Assembly: GCF_006345805.1 (NCBI RefSeq)
Contig: NC_043006.1
Span: 68,014,001-68,078,000, forward strand
Origin: Octopus sinensis
Taxonomy: Eukaryota
Direction: 5' to 3'
DNA length: 64,000 nt
The translations under genes and the position numbers were made by a program. Positions 37,816 to 50,693 of this stretch are shown in pieces (positions within the stretch are counted from its first letter, which is position 1; the number at the start of each line of letters is the position of its first letter). Under the pieces are notes generated by a model. It worked only from the letters and a program-made list of their open reading frames with translations. It was not told where the DNA came from and did no database searches.

Positions 37816-39199
37816 GACCAGCACAGTAAATTAACAAAACACTTGTTATATCACCAATTCTCTCATTGCGTGTATTGTTAGTAAGTGCCTCTCAAGATAT
37901 CCGTGACTTAGTTTTTGACATTTCCGTGCTTTGATTAAAGACGTGCAAAAAGTAGTGGAAAGGATTTTTTTTCTTTTTTACTTTTTACTGTAAATCAGAA
38001 TCTTGGTGTTTTATGTTTTGGTTAGAGAATAACAATTTAGTTAGGTTTGGTGGACATGAAGAAGAGAGAGTAAACTTGGCTCACAATTGCCAGCTGTGAC
38101 TAATAATGTAGAGAAAATAGTTAAACGCATTCCTGTTAAATATCGATTTATTTCAAATTCTGCTATATTGTTCCTAAATAATCAAATAGTATCTAACCTA
38201 ATTCAACACCTCACTTGATAAATTGTTGTCTCTACCCAGATTAGTCATCATAACATATTTTTATTAATTATACTAAATTAGTGTGACCTATTTTCTCCTA
38301 CACACCTCTCAGCTTCTTAATCTTTCTGAGTCTCTAATGGACTTAATACCGTATACATGAATACACACACACACACATTCTCAGTCACACATGCTAATAT
38401 ATACATATGTAGACAAATGCAAACCTTCAGACATATTGATAAGTACATACTCACGCAAGCATACATGTGCACACAAGTTTTCACACACATACGCGCGCGC
38501 ACGCATACACACTGTTTCATTGAAATCTCACTCGTCAGCTGTGTTACTAACTGATTCTAAAATGGTGGTGGCAGTGATGGTGATGGTGGAGATGGTGGTG
38601 AAGGTGGCAACAGGATCTCTCTGTAGCTACTAAGCTTGCTAAATGTAGCAGCCAACTCCTCTTTAACAAACCTCTAATTGTCTTTAAAAGAAAGAATCAC
38701 GTGGTATAAGTCGTAAATCTTAGGACTGTATGTCTCACAATAAATGTAGAACAGTTATTTTTTTTTATATCCTTTACGTCTCAGTCTTTGAACTGCGACC
38801 ATGCTGAGGCATCACCTTGAAGGGCTTAGCCAAACAAATCGACCCAATATTTTTTTAAGCCTGGCACATACTCTATTGATCTCTTTTGCTGAACTGTAAT
38901 GCCACAGGGATGTCAACAAACCAACACTGGTTGTTAAGCAATAGACAAAGACACGCACATACATAGTCATACATATACACATACATACCTGCATACATAG
39001 ATATACACACACATGTATACATATACACATGCATACATACACAGAATTAGAAATAGAAAGTCCTTGGTACAGTGTTATATATATTAAGGAAATGAATGGG
39101 AATACCTTTTCTGATAATTTTTCCACTTTAATAATTAGATAATTTATAAACATCTAATTATCAGAAAAACTATTTCTGTTCATTTCTTCAAATATATAT

Positions 39200-40048
39200 C
39201 TTTTATCTTTTACTTGTTTCAGTTATTTGACTGTGGCCATGCTGGAGCACCGCCTTTAATTGAGCAACTTGACCCCGGGACTTATTCTTTTGTAAGCCCA
39301 GTACTTATTCTATCGGTCTCTTTTGCCGAACCACTAAGTAACGGGGACATAAACACACCAGCATAACCAGCCAGGATCCCTGGTCTGGTGGTACGTAAAA
39401 AGCACTATCCGACTCGTGGCCGATGCCAGCACCGCCTCGACTGGCTTCCGTGCCGGTGGCACATAAAATACACCAATCTGACCGTGGCCGTTACCAGCCT
39501 CGCCTGGCACCTGTGCAGGTGGCACGTAAAAAGCACCCACTACACTCACGGAGTGGTTGGCGTTAGGAAGGGCATCCAGCTGTAGAAACATTGCCAGATT
39601 AGACTGGAGCCTGGTGCAGCCTTCTGGCTTCCCAGAACCCCGGTCGAACCGTCCAACCCATGCTAGCATGGAGAACGGACGTTAAACGATGATGATGATG
39701 ATGATAAGGCCTCGAGCTGGCAGAATCGTTAGCATGCCGGGCGAAATGCTTAGCAGTATTTCATCTGTCTTCGTGTTCTGAGTTCAAATTTCGCCAAGGT
39801 TGACTTTGCTTTTAAGGCAATGAGCTGGCAGAAACGTTAGCACGCCGGGCGAAATGCTTAGAGGTATTTTGTCTGCTATTACGTTCTGAGTTCAAATTCC
39901 ACCGAAGTTGACTTTGCCTTTCATCCTTTCGGGGTCGATAAATAAAGTACCAGTTACACACTGGGGTTGATGTAATCAACTTAATCCATTTGTCTGTCCT
40001 TGTTTGTCTCCTCTATGTTTAGCCCCTTGTGGGCAATAAAGAAATGTC

Positions 40049-40101
<53 letters not shown>

Positions 40102-40487
40102 TTTATCTTTTACTTGTTTCAGCCATTAAACTGTGGCCGTGCTGGAGCATTGCTTTGAATTTTTAGTGGAATGAATCGACACTAATGTTTATGTTTTGTT
40201 AAGGCTGGTACTTATTTTGTTGAGTCTCTTTTGCTTAACTGCTAAATTACGGGGATGTAAACACACTAACACCAGTTGTCAAACAGTAGTGAATGACAAA
40301 CACAAACACAAAGGCACACAACACAAACATCAGATTTATTCAGTTTTCACCTACCAAAGCTTCTCACGAGGCTTTTGGTTGGCTTAGGTCATAGTATGAC
40401 ACTTAACCAAGGTTCCATGCAGTGGGACTGAACCCAGAACATGTGTTCGCAAAGCAAACTTCTTACCACACAACCACATCTGTGCCT
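39200..40487. mobile_element. Nested cluster: family B tail (-), RTE 3' UTR (+, 39366-39704), tandem family A heads and full copy (+, 39710-40030), family B (-, 40085-40487)
   Basis: Each module matches the family motifs described for other copies. Junctions are abrupt. Confidence 0.8.
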
Positions 40488-40740
40488 GGTTATGTACAGA
40501 GCCTCTACACAGTCGTTTGACTTGCTTGAAATAACAGTGAAATCTCTCTCATACTATACATTTCTGTCTTATAAAAGGAAGGATATACTGAAAGCATCAT
40601 CTTAGACACATTAAGAAGGGCATCCAGACTGGAGCCTGGCGCAGCCTCCTGGCTTCCTAAACACCGGTTGAACCGTCCAACCCATGCTAGCATGGAAAAC
40701 AGACGTTAAACAATGATGATATATATACACACACATATAC

Positions 40741-40797
<57 letters not shown>

Positions 40798-40867
40798 TAT
40801 ATTTACTAGCACTTGTGCTGGTGGCACGTGAAAAACATTCGAGCGAGGTCGTTGCCAGTGCTGCTGG

Positions 40868-42265
40868 GAGTTTGATTTCGCTGCCCTTGTCTGTACCTCA
40901 TGTTGGGCTGTTGGTTCATCTGGTATTGTGGAGAAGATGGTGTCTAGTTCCTTTTTGAAGACATTTACTTCCAACTTATGCAAATTTTGTATCCTCGGCA
41001 TAGCTAGTGACAGTGGCTGTCTGAGTGACCGAGGGCATGTCTAAGAGGGCTATTATGAACATTAATGGCCCCAGAACAGTTCCCTGGGGGACACCACTTA
41101 TGATTTGAATTTCCTCAGAAAGGTCATGATTGGCTGCAACTACCTGACTTCTGTTTTTCAGGAAGTCGTGCAGCCACTCTCCCGGTTTACCAGCAATGCC
41201 AAGTTCTTGTAGCTTATGACGTATCATGCCATGATGTACCTTATCAAATGCCTTTGCGAAGTCAAGGTATATCACACCGACATCTGAATGGTCAAGCAGC
41301 TGTTTCAAAACTCAGTCATAGTAGTATAGGAGCTGTGTGAGGCAGCTTCTTCCTGGATGGAAGTCATGCTATGTATTGTTCAGTAGGTCATTTTCTTCTT
41401 GGAACATTATCAACTTCTTTCTGATGATTGGCCCCATGACTTTACTGATATGTGTAGTCAGAGAGATTGGCCTGTAGTTTTTGGCCTCTGCTCTGCTTCC
41501 ACCTCTGTGAATATGGCATATAATGCCTTCTTTAAGCTTTTTAGGAAGTATACCACTTGCAAGGAAAGTTTGGAAAAGTATCTGAAGTGGTTTCGCTAAA
41601 ACCTGCTTACATGAGAAACCATTAGGACCAGTGGGTGGAGCATGAGCTCATTTCATCTATGGCCACTGTTACATCTGTTTTCTCAATCTTGATGTAGTTG
41701 ATGGCTAGCACCCTTTTTTTTTTCCAGAGCTGCAATATCAAAGAATTCAGCTGGATTTTTTATCTGCATGTGTCCAAGGGGGGAAGTGAAGACACTTTTA
41801 AATTGTTCACTGAGTAGTATCTCAGCCCTCCTGGGTCTGCTGTCAGTGAGTCATTCCCTTGGAACAATGGTCCTATTTTATATTGTATTCTGGCTGTTTC
41901 CTTTGTGAATTTATAGAAAGCTTTGGGATTTGTTTTTATGCTTTCCGCAGACTTTTCTATCTCTCTCTCTCTCTCCCCCTCTCTCTCTCGCTCCTCTTTC
42001 CCTTTCATGAGAGTTTGATCTTGCTTTCCATTTCTAGGAGCGTCTGTATTAAGATAGTCTTCTCTCTATCCTTCAGTTGCTTATTCAGCCACTTTGAGAT
42101 CTTTGACCTCTTTCTCATGAGAATTTTTCTGGGAATCTTGTGCTGGCCTGTCTTTCTGGGATGTTGTGATTTGAGAGTGCTGTTGGTGTCACCTTCACAT
42201 TATGGATAAGGTCCACATTATTTGTGAAGCATAGGTCCAATATGTTGTTTCCCTGGTTGACCTGA
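40868..42265 (-). mobile_element. CR1-group LINE ORF2 relic with internal deletions (endonuclease tail, linker, RT core, C-terminus)
   Basis: NNILDLCFTN...SNHN; IKTNPKAFYKF...IGPL; VIYLDFAKAFDKVHH...SGVPQGTVLGPLMF...VTSYA; FKKELD...IPDEP...RAAKSNS. Confidence 0.9.
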
Positions 42266-42483
42266 GTATATGCACACACACACATGTATACATGCATATA
42301 TGGGGTTGGACAAAATAATAGAAACACCTTAACTTTTTAACTAGGCCTTGTTTATATATATACATACATACATATATATATATCATGAACTAACTATTAC
42401 TTTCTCAGATGCAGCATGGAATTTTGTCAGTAAACAGGTCGTGATCTCAAAGCGACGAAAATATTTTGGCAAATTAAATTTAA

Positions 42484-42712
42484 AAGCACCATTCGACCGT
42501 GGCCGTTTGCCAGCCCCATCTGGCACCTGTGCCGGTGGCACATAAAAAGCACCCACTACACTCACGGAGTGGTTGGCATTAGGAAGGGCATCCAGCCGTA
42601 GAAACATTGCCAGATCAAACTGGGCCTGGTGCAGCCTTCTGGCTTCCCAGACCCCAGTTGGACGTTCAACCCATGCTAGCATGGAAAGCGGACGCTAAAT
42701 GATGATGATGAT
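42484..42712 (+). mobile_element. RTE 3' UTR copy with one VNTR unit
   Basis: aaaagcaccattcgaccgtggcc...cccactacactcacggagtgg...gatgatgatgat. A similar copy lies at 47632-47854. Confidence 0.85.
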
Positions 42713-42792
42713 ATATTATAATAACATCCTGCCTACATAGAACTAAAAATAAAAAAGAAATAACTGATGTTGCTTTGATAGAAGCCTTAACA

Positions 42793-42957
42793 CAGTGGTT
42801 CCCAACCTTTTCACTACCAAGGACCCCTTTTATTTAAATGTGTTTTCCCACAGACCCCAGGATTTTGAAAGGTCTGTCAGCTTAACATGTTCACAGACCT
42901 CTAGTACTACATTTGCGGACTACCAGGGGTCCACAGACCACAAGCTGGGAACTACTG
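42793..42957. mobile_element. 165-bp hAT-type MITE
   Basis: TIRs CAGTGGTTCCCAAC / GCTGGGAACTACTG, flanked by a perfect 8-bp TSD CCTTAACA (42785-42792 and 42958-42965). Confidence 0.92.
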
Positions 42958-43142
42958 CCTTAACATCTGGAAGCCATTTTGGATTTCTTTGAAAGTGTCT
43001 ACTCTGTCTCTGAACATCAGACAAGATGGACACACCCTGTGAATTTACAATTTGCGAAATTGTATAATTGAATGTTGCAAACTTCAGGTCACTAGCTGTT
43101 ACACTGGGCACTCTTGCATAGGCCTACTATGCATTTACAACA

Positions 43143-43553
43143 TGGAATTATTGCTCAACATTACTCAACATTACTAAGCGAAATCGAATTGCTCAACATT
43201 ACTAAGTGAAATCGAATTGAACCAGCCAGGATCCCTGGTCTGGTGGTACATAAAAAGCACTATCCGACTCGTGGCCAATGCCAGCGGTGCCTCGACTGGC
43301 TTCCGTGTCGGTGGCACATAAAATACACCAATCCGACCGTGGCCGTTGCCAGCCTCACCTGGCACCTGTGCAGGTGGCACGTAAAAAGCACCCACTACAC
43401 TCACGGAGTGGTTGGTGTTAGGAAGGGCATCCAGCTGTAGAAACATTGCCAGAAAAGACTGGAGCCTGGTGCAGCCTTCTGGCTTCCCAGATCCCCGGTC
43501 GAACCGTCCAACCCATGCTAGCATGGAGAACGGACGTTAAATGATGATGATGA
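43143..43553 (+). mobile_element. RTE 3' UTR copy, same subfamily as 39366-39704
   Basis: Shares aaccagccaggatccctggtctggtggtac(g/a)taaaaagcactatccgactcgtggcc with the 39366 copy. Confidence 0.85.
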
Positions 43554-44036
43554 TTACTCCACATACCATAAAACAAAAATAGATAAGGAAATACTAGAGG
43601 AAAATACATGTTTTATATTCCTCACAAAAATATGACTATAAGAAACCGTATTCATATCACGATACAATGCCAAAATTAACATGCAAACACTTACATAAAA
43701 AATTAACATGTAGCTATTGACATTAAAAATAGTCACAATTTGACCTTGACAAACAATTCAATATGTGACTGTTAAGACATAAAGCTAATGATAAAAATAA
43801 AACCTATGGTGGGGAAACTCTACATAATTCAATCAGTATATAAGAAACAATACAAATGCCAAATATATTCAGTTCAATTCTTGATAATGAGACTGTGAAG
43901 TATTAGAAATGTCTGATATGAATTTAGAAACTCTGTTGTTCTAAAAGCAAATAAGGAAACCTGAAAAATATAAAACATAAAAGATAAAATTTGAACATCG
44001 TCATGTATACATACTTGACTATCTGTATGTGTGTGC

Positions 44037-44070
<34 letters not shown>

Positions 44071-44233
44071 GAATCTGTGTGTGTATGTATGCCTTCGAAA
44101 TATGGAGTAGATGAAACAAGGACACCTGAAGAAGGGGAATATTCTTTATGTTGTATGTCTCATTTCTCTGTTTGTTTTTTTCGTTGTTCGAAAAAATGTT
44201 TGTTTCTATGTACATGTATTTATATGTATGTAT

Positions 44234-44640
44234 ACTTGTGTAAGTATATATTCTTTTACTTGTTTCAGTCATTTGACTGTGGTCATGCTGGAGCACCACC
44301 TTTTAGTCGAGCAAATCGACCCTAGGACTTAGATTTTGTAGGCCTAGTATTTATTCTATCGGTCGATTTTTGCTGAACCGCTAAGTTATGGGGACGTAAA
44401 CACACCAGCATCAGATGTCAAGCAATGTTGGGGTGGGCGGGGACAAAAAGACACACACACACACATATATATACACATTTATACGATGGGCTTCTTTCAG
44501 CTTTCATTGTCCAAATCCACTCACAAGGCTTTGGTCGGCCTGAGGTTATAGTAGAAGACATTTGCCCAAGGTGCCATGCCGTGGGACTGAACCTGGAACC
44601 ATGTGGGTGGTAAGCAAGCTACTTACCACACAGCCACTCC
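44234..44640 (-). mobile_element. Full-length family B SINE
   Basis: tcttttacttgtttcagtcatttgactg ... cttaccacacagccactcc. Confidence 0.85.
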
Positions 44641-46458
44641 ATGCCTATGGATATATGTATGGATATATTTATAATATATGTCTATATCTATCTACCTATC
44701 CTTATGTGTATGTTTGTATGTCTCTATGTATATAATAAATTAATGATATATTAGCAATTTGTTTTTGTTCCTATAGTGTACTACTGAATATATCTGTAGA
44801 TTTCATTAAACACGTTATTGATTAAATTTAATTAAATTTCATGCACAATTAGACTAGACTACATTAGATGGTTTCTGACAAAACTTAATTAGAGATTGAA
44901 ACTAACTCATTTAATCCCACTTCAGTATTTCCCTGTTGGAGATGTGTGCGTGTGGAGGGCCTAACATGAAGCAAATGAGCTGAAGATTCATCCATGTTGA
45001 TTCAGCTTTAACTTCAGTCTCCATCCTACTTTTATTGTTTACCACCTTCTTCAGTTTAACCAATTACCTATCTTTTTGTTTAATATTTCATCAAATATTT
45101 CTTAACTGATACCTTGAGAGAAACTCTCATATTGGCTTTTTGGTGCAAAACGAACTCTTGTTTATATCACTAGCATTTTGCCCCAAAAGCCAATATGAGA
45201 GGTTCTCTCATGCTTACTCCTGCAGTATAGTTTGTTCTAAAAGAACATTTATGTTGAAGTGGGCATAAATATTACCTCTTAGTATTAATACTATCTCTGT
45301 TGCCAGTGATTGTGGCTACTAGAGAGATAGGAAACCGACTATGGAGATGTGTGTGTAGGTCAGCAGATGAATATGACCTTAGCTGAACATCAACCAATGT
45401 GCTAACAGCCAAAAATGGGGTCAATAACTCTAATAGCAGGAAGTCAGCTCTAAGAACAGACAAACCAACTGTGGCTGCTGTGTCATATAGCTGTGTAATT
45501 TGACACCTCTATCTCTCTCTCTGTGTCCGGCATTGTGCATAGCTGTGTCTATATATGCATACATTTGTGAATGTATAGGTAGTGATGGTAGTGGGGAAGT
45601 TATCCGTATTGTAAGTGTGTGTGTGTGTGTGTATGGCTGTATTTATATGTACATGTTCAGAGGGAGAGAGAGATAGAGAGAGATAAAGCTTATATAATTA
45701 CGTGTGATGCCTGTATGTGTATGTTGTTGGTGGAGCTCCAAAGTATATAGAGCATCACTTAGCTAACAAAAGTGGAAATAACGAGGCCAATTTTATGAGA
45801 GACCCATACATGCTACAGTATCGTTCAGGTACACAGCACAAAGACACAAACATGTCTTTTAACAAAGAATCATTCAACAGTCTCCTCATAATAAAAGATC
45901 ACAACTCATGTCTAGCCACCAACATCAACAGATATATTTACTGAAAAAAAAACCCTGCTCAATCTAAGACATCAGCAGCACCATATCATGTGACTGGTCA
46001 CTTATTCTCTTCTTAGCACCAGATCATGTTATTGGTTATTTACATGGCTGTCATACTCCACTTACAGTGAGTAGTGGAGGTATCTGAATGACTACCTGCC
46101 CTAAATTGTGGTGGTTGTTTGCATACGTGCGCACCCACACACAGATACATTTAACAGAGATAACAGACTTTACAACATCTGTGTACTTAGCACTTTGAAG
46201 TTTATTTATGTAACCCACAATATATATACAATATATGTGAATGTGTATAAACAATCATAGACGCTCACACACACACACACTCAGATGAACATTAAATTGT
46301 GTCAAACAAATGAGAGAGAAGTTCTTAGCACATGTTGTGGAGTATATGGTTTATTGAAATTGAATTTTACCCCAACACCGTGAGTTTCTATTAACTACAC
46401 ACACACACAATCATATAAGAAATTAAATAAATGACAAGGAAATATGTAATTATATAGT

Positions 46459-46459
46459 A

Positions 46460-46500
<41 letters not shown>

Positions 46501-47395
46501 GGAAATTATTGTATACAGTGCTCAGGTGCACTACAACTTATCAAAAGTGCATATAAAGCATATGCAGTAATGTACAAATGTCTGGAAAGGGAACAGTGTA
46601 TGAGTCAGAGACATGCTTATGTGTGTATGGAGGGGAGAAAATCGGGTGTAGTGTTGGTGAATCTCAGGAAGCATGGAAGTTTTGAAGGATGCAGTGCTCC
46701 GACAACTAACAACTGATGCCGGCAGTTTGTTTCATGCTTCAGCATCTCTTAGTGTGAAAAAATGTTTCCGAGAGTCATGGATGCTGTGCTGTTTTCTGAC
46801 TTCGTAAACATGTCTATAGGTGTTAGACAGGTGGAGTTTGAAAAGGTGCTTAGAGTTATTGTTAGTAAGATGGTTAATAATTTTATGGGTGTCTACCAAG
46901 TCAGTTGCCAGACGTTGGAGTTTCAATATATCCATGCACATGGAAGTAAGGCATTCAGAATATGGCAAATGACTGATGAGGGAATTCTCTTGGTTGCACG
47001 TCACTGAATAGTTTCCAGATGATTAATATCCTGGGCAAGATAGAGGTGCCAGACCGGTGATACAAATTCCAGGTGAGGCCGCAGCATAGCTATATAAAGC
47101 CTCAGATAGATAGCCAGAGAGCGGCTCACAAAGGACTTGGTAAGTGATGTCAGGACACCCTCAGCCTTCTTGGCAATTTTAGCAATGTGTTTTGTCCAAC
47201 ACAAATCGCTGTCAACAATAATGCTCAGGTCACGTTCACAAGAAGACTTTTTGAGATTAGTGTTGTGGAGTGAGTAAGTAGACGCTGGGTTTTTCCTCCC
47301 AAAATGCATGGTGGTACATTTGTCCACAGCCAGCTCGAGTTGCCAGATGAACTCCATAAGCTTACAGTTGTTAGCACCAGTTACCACCATTTACA
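46459..47395 (-). mobile_element. 5'-truncated CR1-group LINE with (TTA)n tail
   Basis: WQLELAVDKCTTMHFG...DLSIIVDSDLCW...LYIAMLRPHLEFVSPVWH...LQRLATDLVDTHKII...DAEAWNKLP, then a 3' UTR and (tta)n. Confidence 0.9.
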
Positions 47396-48095
47396 TACAA
47401 GCATTCAACTATGAGGGCATTGTAACTTATAGCAGAAACAGTTGTCATTCGATGAAGTTCATTACATAATTTCTTATACCCCTGTCATTTATATAATTTC
47501 TTACTACTGATCTGCACTTGACTGACCTTTCTTCTCTGAAGTATATTTATATTGAGTTCTAACACCATGTTATAAGTATCACTATGCCAAAGGGAAATAA
47601 TGATAATAATGATAATAATAAAAAATCACCAACCAATCGTGGCCGTTGCCAGCCTCCCCTGGCACCTGTGCCGGTAGCACGTACAAAGCACCCACTACAT
47701 TCACGGAGTGGTTGGCGTTAGGAAGGGCATCAAGCTGTAGAAACACTGCCAGATCAGACTGGAGCCTGGTGCAGCCTCCTGGCTTCCCAGACCCTGGTTG
47801 AACCGTCTAACCTATGCTAGCATGGAAAATGGACGTTAAACGATGATGATGATGAATGATAATAATAATAATGATTTCAAATTTTGGCACAAGGCCAGCA
47901 ATTTAAGGAGTTGATTATCGCAACCTCCATTGTCCAACTGGTACTTATTTTATTGGCCCAAAAAGGAAGAAAGGTAAAGTTGACCTTAATGGAATTTGAA
48001 CCAAGAATGGAAAGATGGATAAAATGGCACTAAGCATTTAGCCCAACATCCTATCAATTCTGCCAGCATCTTACTACCATCAAAATAATAATAAT

Positions 48096-48159
<64 letters not shown>

Positions 48160-48912
48160 TATGCGTACGTATGTGTGTGTATATGCAGACACATGCGCAC
48201 GTCTTGCTTCTGGAATGCAATACCTCTGTAATGCAGATGTCTCTGTGTGTGCATATGCACACACATACACATACACATATATATGTATATGTGTGTGTAT
48301 GCACATACATGCATACTTCTTGTTTCAGGAATACAATACCTCTGTAATGCAGATGTCTGTGTGTGTGCATATGCACACACACACATATAGGGTTGCTAAC
48401 ACTCATCCGCCCCTTTCCCCTCCCATTTCCATTTCTTGCGCAGCTTCTCTCCCCTTACTGCCCACTCTTCTTTTTCTCATTCAAGAAAAAAAAAATGACC
48501 ATTTTCTTTCTTTTCTACTCCAGTTGCAACCTTGGATTTTTCACCTCCTTCATCTCAGTTATTTCATCTCCTTTGCAGATTATACCAGTTTCTTGAACAC
48601 TTCTTACTTTTTGCCAAATTCTCCAGACTTTTTACCAGTGTTGTGTATTTTTACCAAATTTTTTCACTTCTCTTCACAGAATTTGAGCATTTTCAACTTT
48701 TAGTTTAAGCCTTTTTGCCCTTTGTTAAAATATCTTCTCATAGCCCTGTGTGTTCTTTTTATACACATGCACTCCCATCAATAACACCTATCTTGCTCTT
48801 GCCATTCCATATGCTTCATAAATACCTTTGTTCTCTCACCCTTGCCTCCTTATACATTCTCTCACACTGCCAGCACCACTATAATTTCGCATCTGCACAC
48901 AGCCATGCACAC

Positions 48913-49255
48913 GTGTGGAGGCGCAATGGCTCAGTGGTCAGGGAAGCGGACTTGCGGTTGGAGGATCACGGTTTCAATTCCCAGACCGGGCGTTGTTTGT
49001 TTTTATTGAGCAAAAACACCTAAAAGCTCCACGAGGCTATGGCAGGGGGGTGGGGGTGTACTCTGTGGGGGTGTGGGGGTGTACTGTTGTACTCTTTCGC
49101 CCTAATTTTCTCACTCTTTCTTCCTGTTTCTTGAGTAACGCTGCGATGGACTGGCGTCCTGTCCAGCTGGGGGCAACACATACGCCACAGAAACCAGGAA
49201 ACCGGGCCCATGAGCCTGGGTAGGCTTGAAAAGGGAGCATAAATAATAAATAAAA
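48913..49255 (+). mobile_element. tRNA-derived SINE, family C (V-domain-like), with TSD
   Basis: Box A TGGCTCAGTGG, box B GGTTTCAATTCC, GCTGCGATGGACTGGCGTCCTGTCCAG (V-SINE-like), A-rich tail. ATGCACAC duplicated at 48905-48912 and 49256-49263. Confidence 0.85.
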
Positions 49256-49764
49256 ATGCACACCTGTACACCCTACTCACACACTTACACCAATCCTCCT
49301 TCCAGACACAGATACACTCAAACACTTGCATTTTTATTCTTCTGGTGAAGGGTTAATATCCAAAATGTTAAACCTCTTCATTAAAGCATTAACCTAATAC
49401 GATATTTGTCAAACTTTGTTCTTTTGTTTTGTCCTTTGTAATTCTTACATTCTTATTGTCTTTGTTCACCATCTGGAAAGTGGATACATGATCACTGCTT
49501 GCATACTTAACCAAGTTATACAGGAAATTTTTATACTCAATGATTAGCATAGCAATATCATCATAAACTGCTACAAAAGCAAAAGGGATACCTTAGAGAG
49601 TTGTAGAGGCATCAAACTAATAGATCAGATTATGAAGGTTACAGAGAGAGAGAGAGAGTTATAGTGCAATTGTTCTGTGGTAGGGTAGACATAGAGGATG
49701 TGCAGTTTGGCTTTCTTCCTGGAAGAGGTACCACAAATGCAATCTTTCTAGTGAGGCATCTGCT

Positions 49765-50000
49765 GAAGAAATACTTGGCTAAGAATAAATTGCTATTCTT
49801 GGTACAGTTCTATATTTAAGAGATGAGGAATTATGTACATTATTTACATTCGACGGATATATGTCCTCATCTTGTTTGTTGTTAACACAATGTTCCAGCT
49901 GATATACTCTGCAGCCTTCTTCAGGTGTCTTGGAGAAATTTCAAACCTGGGTTCTCATTCCTAAGGTATTTTTTGATGTTGTTGTGTAGTCGGCGGCGGC
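49765..50000 (-). mobile_element. Probable Penelope-like terminal-repeat relic with a degenerate hammerhead motif
   Basis: Minus strand acac-CTGAAGA-aGGCTG-cagagtatat-CAGCt-GgAAC-a-TT-gtgt at 49885-49928. Confidence 0.55.
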
Positions 50001-50019
50001 GTCAGAATTGTAGTGTAAT

Positions 50020-50640
50020 CACAGGCAGACTAACAAAAAAAGTAAGCTTCATTTGTGATTGCTGTACTGGAGCAATAAGTACTTTGAGCTCACCAGAAAT
50101 AGATTCTCTTAAATGTCCAATTGGCTCACTAGAAGTAGTTGGTAGGTTTTGCTACAAAGAAGACATACTTAGAGAAGGTGGTTGTTCAAAAAGTATAGCA
50201 GCCTGAGCTGGAAAATGTTCAGGGAGTTTCTACCACTGATGGCAGTAAAAGTTATTTCCTTTGGTGTGAAGGGCAGATTGTTTGACGCTTGTGTTAGAAC
50301 TGCAATGCAGCATGATAGTGATCCATGGGCTTTGAATGTAAAGGACTTGAGAAGACTGGAAAGAAAGGAATTAAGCATGCTCTGTTGGCTGAGTAATGTA
50401 AGTGTGCATGAATAACTAATTACAAAGGCATTGAGAGAGAAACTGAGTAGAAGAGGAATTGGATGTCATGTGTAAGAGAGAAGACTGTGCTGGTGTGGAC
50501 ATGTGATGCATATGGATGACGACAGCTGTATAAAGAAGTACTGATCTCACGACCTTGAACCTCGCAGAAAAGATGACAAAGTACCAGGATGACTGGTGTT
50601 ATGCAGTTCTTGAGAAAACCTACCCAACTCAGTGAAACTC
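50020..50640 (+). mobile_element. RTE LINE ORF2 C-terminal relic
   Basis: SLEVVGRFCY...WKMFREFLPLM...KGRLFDACVRTAM...LRRLERKELSMLCW...RRLCWCGHVMHM...YAVLEKT: RTE-type thumb and C-terminal motifs, with stops and frameshifts. Confidence 0.85.
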
Positions 50641-50657
50641 TGTTCTGGAAGTGCTGA

Positions 50658-50693
<36 letters not shown>

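Noticed and set aside
44091-44140. Third hammerhead-like motif (ccttcGAAA ... acacCTGAAGAagg)
   Set aside because: Core elements are in permuted order and I could not form stems I and III. It may still be a Penelope-like relic but is not supportable as a ribozyme.
45717-45944. 75-aa ORF with ordinary composition in non-repetitive intron sequence; possible alternative first exon
   Set aside because: No recognisable homology. Nearby donors (CAG|gtacac at ~45828, ACA|gtgagt at 46066) give phase 1 or 2 from the available ATGs, incompatible with the phase-0 exon at 60952.
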